NCBI RefSeq assembly: GCF_000012285.1
Contig: NC_007181.1
Location: 2,010,001 to 2,042,000 of the forward strand
Length of the DNA stretch: 32,000 nucleotides
Origin: Sulfolobus acidocaldarius DSM 639
GTDB taxonomy: Archaea > Thermoproteota > Thermoprotei_A > Sulfolobales > Sulfolobaceae
Reading direction: 5' to 3'
Positions 26,454 to 32,000 of this stretch are shown in pieces (the first letter of the stretch is position 1; each line of letters starts with the position of its first letter). The notes beneath the pieces were generated by a model. That model did not search any database, had not been told where the DNA came from, and saw nothing but the letters and a program-made list of their open reading frames with translations. The position numbers were made by a program, and so were the translations under genes.

Positions 26454-27337
26454 GGTTCAGATCCTTTCTTCACTGGTGAGCCGACAACATTACCCCATTC
26501 AGCCCATGACCCATCATATACTCTGACTGCTGGATATCCAAGTATATACTTTAACACAAACCAAGTGTGGGCAGCTCTTTCACCTATTCTACAGTAAGTT
26601 ATAACTTCCTTCTCAGGTGTTATGCCAGCGTTTTCATATATTTTCTTTAGCTCGTCCACTGACTTAAACTCACCAGTCTCAGGATTCACAGCCTGAGCCC
26701 ATGGAATATTTGCAGCACCTGGTATGTGACCTCCAACTTGGGTCTGCTCATCAGCGTACTCTGGTGGTGCCCTTACCTCACCTGTAAATTCCTTTGGAGA
26801 TCTAACATCTACCAACACTAATGATTTACCAATCTCACCTTTGTTCAATCTCTGTAACAGTTCCCAGAAGAACGCTCTATGGCTACCCCAATCGACTTTC
26901 TTCACCTTGTAACTACCTTTAGGATATTGTGGCTCCTTAGGTCCTTGCTCAGTAGGTAAGCCCTCTTTCGCCCATTTGGTTCTCCCTCCGTTAAGCACTC
27001 TCACATCATCATGACCGTAAGCCTTGAATAGCCAGAACGCGTAAACAGCAAACCAGTTGTTGTAGTCCCCGTAAAGCACAATAGTTGTGTCGTTGTTTAT
27101 CCCTTTTGATTCCATTAGTTTTTCAAATTGAGAGGGCTCAATAAAGTCTCTTACAACTGGGTGTCTGAGATCCTCCCTCCACCTAATTAGTACAGCTCCA
27201 GGAATGTGCCAAACATTGTAGGCAGTACTTGGATCATAGTCTACCTCTACTATCCTAACTTTAGGATCCTTTTGATGATCTAAAACCCATTTATAATCTA
27301 CTATTACTTGTGTTGTAGTTTGTGTCATACTGATCAA
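26450..27337 (-). CDS. two-domain rhodanese, thiosulfate sulfurtransferase type
   Basis: 295 aa. The active-site loop CRIGERAAH matches the CRxGx[R/T] signature of thiosulfate:cyanide sulfurtransferases. The N-terminal domain is an inactive rhodanese domain. The longest ORF starts at TTG 27337. The ATG at 27328 (MTQTTTQ...) is an alternative start. Confidence 0.9.
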   Translation of the reverse strand: MISMTQTTTQVIVDYKWVLDHQKDPKVRIVEVDYDPSTAYNVWHIPGAVLIRWREDLRHPVVRDFIEPSQFEKLMESKGINNDTTIVLYGDYNNWFAVYAFWLFKAYGHDDVRVLNGGRTKWAKEGLPTEQGPKEPQYPKGSYKVKKVDWGSHRAFFWELLQRLNKGEIGKSLVLVDVRSPKEFTGEVRAPPEYADEQTQVGGHIPGAANIPWAQAVNPETGEFKSVDELKKIYENAGITPEKEVITYCRIGERAAHTWFVLKYILGYPAVRVYDGSWAEWGNVVGSPVKKGSEP

Positions 27338-27458
27338 GTATAAATATTTAGCCCTGAGTTTAAATCCTTTAAGAAATGTGCAAGTCTAGGAAATATTGTG
27401 TCTTTTCTAAAAATTTTAGCCTTTACCTACATTAACCGTGTAAAGTAATCTTATGGTA

Positions 27459-27725
27459 TTATCTGCCTTTGGCTAAAACCAGAACTTCATTAATTACCTC
27501 GTCAATATTACTAACACTACTATACTTTCTCCTTATCTCATCCAAACTGATCTTTTTCTCGGTCATATGTTTAATAAGGACATCATAAGTAATACTAACA
27601 AGGATTTGGTCGTCTATCTTTCCCTTATACTTCATCCTCAACTTATCAATTACCTCGTCTACGGTACACCCTTTACTCTCAGTCGGGGTAGAAAGGATTT
27701 TATTATCCTTTAATTTCCATGTCAT
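27459..27725 (-). CDS. hypothetical 88-aa protein
   Basis: ATG start and clean ORF, located between the SUMT and rhodanese genes on the same strand. It has a single Cys (SKGC) and an internal echo, VDEVIDKL / IDEVINEV. I recognised no family. Confidence 0.5.
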   Translation of the reverse strand: MTWKLKDNKILSTPTESKGCTVDEVIDKLRMKYKGKIDDQILVSITYDVLIKHMTEKKISLDEIRRKYSSVSNIDEVINEVLVLAKGR

Positions 27726-27776
27726 ACTAGTAACTTGTCTGGAGAGACTAAATATCTTTTGATTTTAGACTTCATT

Positions 27777-28493
27777 CTAAGAAAATTTCCATAATAAGCT
27801 TCTCATTTTAACAACGTCTCCTAATATCAACATTGACGGAGAAGAAGGTCTAACATTAACTAAATCCTTCAACTTCATCACACTGACCCTTTGGTCAACA
27901 TAGGTTCCATGCTCTACTACTGCAACATCATCTAAAGGTGATCTCCTCGACATTAGACCCTTACTTACCTCTTCCAATCTTTTACCAGCCATTAATACAA
28001 CTAATGTCCCTTTATCTGGGACTTTACTGAAATCAAATAACTTTCCTCCCTCTGTGACCCCTGAAACAACAGTAACCATGTCAGAGAAACCGTTTGAGGT
28101 TAAAGGTATACCAGCATAAGCTGGAACTGAGTTTACTGCGGAAACGCCAGGTATAACTTCACACTGAATTCCCTCAGCAATCATGTTGTAACATAATTGA
28201 GGACCCCTACCAAATACGTATGGATCTCCATTTTTCAGCCTTACAATAACGTCATATCCTCTTAGATACCTTCTAATCACTTCAATTTCATCCTCGTCAG
28301 AAGACAACATGTACTTTACGCTGTTTTCCCTGGCATAAACTACAGCCTGAGCTGTCAACTTATCATATATTACAACGTCTGCAACCTGTAAATACTTTAA
28401 ACCTTTCAAGGTTAATAGCTCAGGATCTCCGGGACCTGCACCAATTACAATTACTTTCTTTTTAAGACTCACTGAACTTGTCCACCTCCTCAA
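27777..28493 (-). CDS. cobA: uroporphyrinogen-III C-methyltransferase (SUMT; first step of siroheme synthesis)
   Basis: It has VIVIGAGPGDPELLTLKG, VVIYDKL and NGDPYVFGRG. The longest ORF starts at TTG 28493. The GTG at 28472 is preceded by gaggaggtgg (SD-like) and is a plausible true start, overlapping the sulfite reductase stop. Confidence 0.9.
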   Translation of the reverse strand: MRRWTSSVSLKKKVIVIGAGPGDPELLTLKGLKYLQVADVVIYDKLTAQAVVYARENSVKYMLSSDEDEIEVIRRYLRGYDVIVRLKNGDPYVFGRGPQLCYNMIAEGIQCEVIPGVSAVNSVPAYAGIPLTSNGFSDMVTVVSGVTEGGKLFDFSKVPDKGTLVVLMAGKRLEEVSKGLMSRRSPLDDVAVVEHGTYVDQRVSVMKLKDLVNVRPSSPSMLILGDVVKMRSLLWKFS

Positions 28494-30240
28494 GTCTCAT
28501 GGACAAGAGCCTATGGTACTCAGTATATCCTTCAACTTTTTTATCAAACTTATGTGGTTTCATTAGGTCTTTGACCTTTTCATGAGACTTTAACCACTCA
28601 ATTATTTTATTGTTACCTAATTTCCTAAATACCTCACCAGGAGTCTTTCCTAAATCTTTATTCATCTCATAGAGCTGGAATAACGCCTCGTTAACATCTG
28701 CTAATCTACTTGCTGGAACTTGATATAGGTAAATTACGTTCTCGTTGTAGTCAATTAGAGGTTCCCCAACTCTTTCCTTGTCGCCACCGATCTTAAGCAT
28801 ATATAACTCATACCCACTACCAACCCATCCTATTGGATGTAATGCAGGTCTTGAACATTGTGCTACACAACCAGAGACACCAATGGATACATCACTATTC
28901 CCCCATCCCCTTCCCTCTAATTCATCAATAAGTTTGGGTAGAAATCTCTCAGAATCTGTAAAGGACATCTTACACGTCGGAAAACCTACACATGCACTTG
29001 AAATAGTTCTTAACCTAGAGTAGTGTTTACCATTCCTTAAACCATAACCAAATTCCCTCAAAATGTTTTCTATTTCGTGTTTGTCCTCATCTGATATCTC
29101 CGAAATAATTAAATGCTGGTTTGGAGTAATAAAGAACTTAAGGTTCTCGAATTTATCAGCGATATATCTTGCCATTGATTTAATTCTGCCGTTTTGGTTA
29201 TCTATGAGTCTACCATTCTCTACAAAGATACCAAAAACCCACTTATCCCCAAATTTTTGCCAACCCAAGTGTAAATCCCTTATTAGATTCACCTTAACTA
29301 CTGGACCTAATTCCACACCACTATATTCCTTTATTTTCTCTCTCATCCAGATAATCCCAAATTTATGAACAACGTATTTCAACCTAGCCCAATGCCTGTT
29401 CTTCCTATCCCCCCAATCTTGTTGTATCCTGACTATAGAGTCTAAAACTTTCAATAGGTCGTCCTCACTTACTGTACCCAAAGGAAGTGCTAAAGCAGAA
29501 AATGTCGGATAACCATTATTCTCGCCCATTCCTCCACCAACATACAACTGATATTTCTCTATCTTTCCATTTCTGGAGACCAGGGGGACTATCCCAATGT
29601 CATTGGATCTAGCTTCTATGCAGTCGTCCACGTAATAATCTTCTCCTATTTTCATTACTCCAGCAATTCCTATTTTGAACTTCCTAGGTAGCAAGTTGTC
29701 TGCATATTCGTAGTGCCCCTCAGGATTTTCCTCTCGTAAAGTTGATGATGCTTCTTCACTTAATTCAAAAACTTGAATGTATAGATTAGACGGAAGTCTA
29801 AAATATCTGGCTATCTTACTTGCTAACCCGTTCGAGTTGAATATGCCGTAATAACTAGATATTGGGCAACCCACAGTGTTTCTTACGTTATCTCCACAGC
29901 CGTTAAGCGTAAAGTATCCCGTCTCTGCTATCTCCCTAATCGCATTTACTAGATCTCTCTTCTTGACGTGATGAAACTGTATATCTTGCCTAGTTGTTAA
30001 CTTTATACTGGGTTGGTTGAACCCAGTGTAAGCATCACTAATAGTATACTTATTTGCTATGTCATCGAACATTCTCCATTGCCTAGAAGATATTGGACCT
30101 CCTCCAGGTATTGAAACCCTTATCATGTAGATCCAGTCTTTGACCTGACTGACCCTAGCCTTCTCCCTGTGGAACTCCACATAAATGCCAAAGCTTTTGG
30201 CTATTAGGGACACTTCGTTCTCTAGATCCTCTCTTGTCAA
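28462..30240 (-). CDS. assimilatory sulfite (nitrite/sulfite) reductase hemoprotein, siroheme-[4Fe-4S] type
   Basis: The cysteine cluster is SACVGFPTC (Cx5C) ... SGCVAQC (Cx3C), and the protein has duplicated NiR/SiR ferredoxin-like halves. The track start is TTG 30240, but the conserved N-terminal segment appears to lie upstream (see findings), so the 5' end is uncertain up to 30366. Confidence 0.9.
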   Translation of the reverse strand: MTREDLENEVSLIAKSFGIYVEFHREKARVSQVKDWIYMIRVSIPGGGPISSRQWRMFDDIANKYTISDAYTGFNQPSIKLTTRQDIQFHHVKKRDLVNAIREIAETGYFTLNGCGDNVRNTVGCPISSYYGIFNSNGLASKIARYFRLPSNLYIQVFELSEEASSTLREENPEGHYEYADNLLPRKFKIGIAGVMKIGEDYYVDDCIEARSNDIGIVPLVSRNGKIEKYQLYVGGGMGENNGYPTFSALALPLGTVSEDDLLKVLDSIVRIQQDWGDRKNRHWARLKYVVHKFGIIWMREKIKEYSGVELGPVVKVNLIRDLHLGWQKFGDKWVFGIFVENGRLIDNQNGRIKSMARYIADKFENLKFFITPNQHLIISEISDEDKHEIENILREFGYGLRNGKHYSRLRTISSACVGFPTCKMSFTDSERFLPKLIDELEGRGWGNSDVSIGVSGCVAQCSRPALHPIGWVGSGYELYMLKIGGDKERVGEPLIDYNENVIYLYQVPASRLADVNEALFQLYEMNKDLGKTPGEVFRKLGNNKIIEWLKSHEKVKDLMKPHKFDKKVEGYTEYHRLLSMRLEEVDKFSES

Positions 30241-30366
30241 ATTTTTAAGAGAGTTCTTAACGTTTACGGTATCTTCTTTTAGACCTCTAGTTTTAGCTTT
30301 TATCTTCTCTTCTTCAGTGTAGTTCCCTGGATCTGTTTTAAATTGGGGTTCGATAGGAACGTCAGT

Positions 30367-31095
30367 TCACCTCTCCCTGAAATGTAAACCACATTCCTTA
30401 TCTCCTGACTGTTCCCACCACCACCTTCCTGCTCTGGGATGCTCCCATGACTTGACAGCCCTGGTACAGGGTTCACAACCTATGCTCTTATAGCCCATGT
30501 CATAAAGCTTGTTATAGGGCAAATTATTCCTCTTAATGTAATCCCACACTTGCTCCCATGTCCAGTCAGCTAAAGGATTGATTTTTATTATACCACCGTT
30601 CACCTGATCTACTTCTATCTTCTTGATTTTAGTTCTGGTCACATTCTGCTCCCTCCTAAGCCCAGTTATCCAAGCATCTAAACCCTTCAAAGCCCTCTGT
30701 AAAGGCTTGACCTTTCTTATCTCACAGCAGAGCTTCCTAAACTCCACACTCTTGTAAAATAAGTTAACGCCATATCTATTCACCATATCTTCAACTTCTT
30801 CTTTATCAGGAAAATATATCCTGATTTCGGTCTTTGGGTACTTAGTTCTTAATTCGTCAATGAGATTATACGTCTCTTGGTTCAGTCTCCCCGTATCTAT
30901 AACGAAAATTATGGGCTTGTCTACAACTTGATTCATCATGTCCAGAATTACAATATCCTCTGCCTGTAAGCTACAGGCTAAGGCAATCCTCGGGTAAAAC
31001 TTCTGAACACCCCATCTCAATACCTCTAAAGGCTCCCTATTCTCGAAGTGGTTATTTAGTTCCTCAATCTCCTTCTGGCTAAGCATAACTGCCAA
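30367..31095 (-). CDS. cysH: assimilatory APS/PAPS reductase (CysH family, Fe-S-cluster type)
   Basis: It has the C-terminal ECGLH catalytic motif. The CC (KLCCEIRK) plus CxxC (GCEPCT) cysteines are characteristic of the [4Fe-4S] APS-reductase subgroup. The longest ORF starts at TTG 31095. The ATG at 31086 (MLSQKEIEEL) is an alternative start. Confidence 0.9.
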   Translation of the reverse strand: MAVMLSQKEIEELNNHFENREPLEVLRWGVQKFYPRIALACSLQAEDIVILDMMNQVVDKPIIFVIDTGRLNQETYNLIDELRTKYPKTEIRIYFPDKEEVEDMVNRYGVNLFYKSVEFRKLCCEIRKVKPLQRALKGLDAWITGLRREQNVTRTKIKKIEVDQVNGGIIKINPLADWTWEQVWDYIKRNNLPYNKLYDMGYKSIGCEPCTRAVKSWEHPRAGRWWWEQSGDKECGLHFRER

Positions 31096-31110
31096 CGACC
31101 ACTGATAAAA

Positions 31111-31121
31111 TAGTGTAGTTT
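31111..31121. promoter_or_regulatory. 11-mer tagtgtagttt, copy 1 (cysH-proximal side of the divergent promoter)
   Basis: It is an exact repeat of 31184-31194. It lies between a TATA-like element (31121-31130) and the cysH start. Confidence 0.4.
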
Positions 31122-31183
31122 AAATTTTAGTATTTCGATATATGCAACTTTTGCACAAATAACTAGAAATATAAATATATATG

Positions 31184-31201
31184 TAGTGTAGTTTTAGTGT
31201 A
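31184..31201. promoter_or_regulatory. 11-mer tagtgtagttt, copy 2, plus an adjacent 7-mer tagtgta (sat-proximal)
   Basis: 31184-31194 is identical to 31111-31121. tagtgta recurs immediately at 31195-31201 and abuts the sat ATG (31202). A TATA-like aaatataaatatata lies just upstream. Confidence 0.4.
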
Positions 31202-32000
31202 ATGATAGGGCACGGAAAGATTGAAATTAGTGAGAGAATTACAAAAATTAATGATTTTAAGGAATTAAAATTAGTTGAAGTGAAGCGACAGTTAGCCCAT
31301 GAAATTATAAGCATCAGTTACGGCTTTTTATCGCCATTGAGAGGTTTCATGAATTATGAGGAAGTAGACAATGTGGTAGAGGAGATGAGGTTACCAAATG
31401 GTGTTCTTTGGCCTATACCAATAGTTCTAGACCTAAACGAGAGCGAAGCGGAGGAAGTAAAGGAGGGTGATGTAATTGGATTCACGTATATGGGTAAACC
31501 TTTAGCTGTAATGAGGGTTGAGGAGAAATTCAGTTACGATAAGGGAAAGATGGCTGAGAAAGTCTACAAAACCAGAGATGTAAAGCACCCGGGGGTAAAA
31601 AGAACCCTCTCATACAAGGAGAAATTCGTTTCAGGTGAAGTTTACCTTGTTAACGTGCCTAAGTTTACCTCAGTTTATTCAGATTTTTGGTTGACACCTA
31701 GACAACACAGAGAGTTATTCGAAAGGATGGGATGGAAAAAAGTAGTTGCGTTTCAGACCAGAAATGTACCTCACACTGGACATGAGTACTTAATGAAGTT
31801 CGCTTGGTTTGCAGCAAATGATGGATTGAGAGTTGATGAGCCTAGAACTGGAATATTGGTGAATGTGGTGATAGGCGAGAAGAGGATAGGTGACTACATT
31901 GACGAGGCAATACTATTAACACATAAAGCACTTGTTGATGCGGGTTACATCAGCAAAAGAGTTCATAAGCTCTCGTTCACGTTATGGGATATGAGATATG
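31202..32000 (+). CDS. sat: sulfate adenylyltransferase (ATP sulfurylase), 3'-truncated by the window end
   Basis: This ORF is not in the ORF track because it runs off the window. The ATG at 31202 follows an in-frame TAG at 31184. The translation is MIGHGKIEISERI...SYGFLSPLRGFMNYEEV...LPNGVLWPIPIVLD...VVAFQTRNVPHTGHEYL, which carries the QTRNxxHxxH ATP-sulfurylase motif. Confidence 0.9.
   Translation, partial: MIGHGKIEISERITKINDFKELKLVEVKRQLAHEIISISYGFLSPLRGFMNYEEVDNVVEEMRLPNGVLWPIPIVLDLNESEAEEVKEGDVIGFTYMGKPLAVMRVEEKFSYDKGKMAEKVYKTRDVKHPGVKRTLSYKEKFVSGEVYLVNVPKFTSVYSDFWLTPRQHRELFERMGWKKVVAFQTRNVPHTGHEYLMKFAWFAANDGLRVDEPRTGILVNVVIGEKRIGDYIDEAILLTHKALVDAGYISKRVHKLSFTLWDMRY

Noticed and set aside
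2724-29368. Many 60-100-aa ORFs in the track lie antisense to or overlap long confident genes: 2724-3005, 3685-3873, 4172-4369, 4463-4693, 5928-6155, 6744-7040, 7715-7981, 8869-9060, 12204-12440, 13682-13891, 14737-14958, 15292-15480, 17206-17406, 17886-18131, 18836-19057, 22638-22877, 23765-23971, 24411-24599, 28778-29023 and 29063-29368.
   Set aside because: They are shadow ORFs on the opposite strand or in an alternative frame of genes with strong family motifs. Their translations are low-complexity with no recognisable motif and no promoter-like context of their own.
31120-31314. A 64-aa minus-strand ORF spanning the sat/cysH promoter and the sat 5' end.
   Set aside because: It overlaps the well-supported sat start and the divergent promoter. 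Its translation is low complexity.
1-32000. I looked for CRISPR arrays, IS elements or transposases, integrases, rRNA and tRNA genes.
   Set aside because: I saw no regularly spaced direct repeats, no transposase- or integrase-like ORFs, and no GC-rich cloverleaf-capable segments on either strand.

Overview
This is an AT-rich chromosomal segment that looks like a thermoacidophilic crenarchaeon of the Sulfolobaceae. The indicators are an 824-aa archaeal-type malate synthase, a PaREP1 protein, vapBC, TATA-like boxes about 25 nt upstream of start codons, and many TTG/GTG starts. I cannot assign a species from the sequence alone. I support about 29 protein-coding features. I saw no rRNA, tRNA, CRISPR array, transposase or integrase.

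Main gene content:
- A glyoxylate-shunt pair, malate synthase and isocitrate lyase.
- An assimilatory sulfur cluster: sat is transcribed divergently from APS/PAPS reductase, sulfite reductase and uroporphyrinogen-III methyltransferase, followed by an 88-aa ORF and a translationally coupled rhodanese plus TusA-like pair.
- A copper amine oxidase divergent from an APC permease, with an HTH_10 regulator downstream.
- An R2-like ligand-binding oxidase, an RCK-type K+ channel, a second APC permease, an aldose 1-epimerase, an enolase-superfamily enzyme and a small amidohydrolase.

I did not find a clear multi-gene novel system. The observations most worth follow-up all come from direct reading of the sequence:
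1. The last ~126 codons of isocitrate lyase switch abruptly to C-ending codons.
2. The last 52 nt of that gene are repeated 1.1 kb downstream. The two copies differ only at synonymous positions and bracket a vapBC cassette.
3. The APS/PAPS reductase and sulfite reductase ORFs are in the same frame, separated by one TGA. Forty-two stop-free codons follow that contain no ATG/GTG/TTG, yet they encode what looks like the conserved sulfite-reductase N-terminus.
4. An MFS transporter is interrupted by a single in-frame TAG.
5. An exact 11-mer is repeated at both ends of the sat/cysH divergent promoter.
6. An uncharacterised two-domain protein family is present twice, one copy coupled to a di-iron-type MBL-fold protein.

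Functional calls are motif recognition by eye. No database search was possible.
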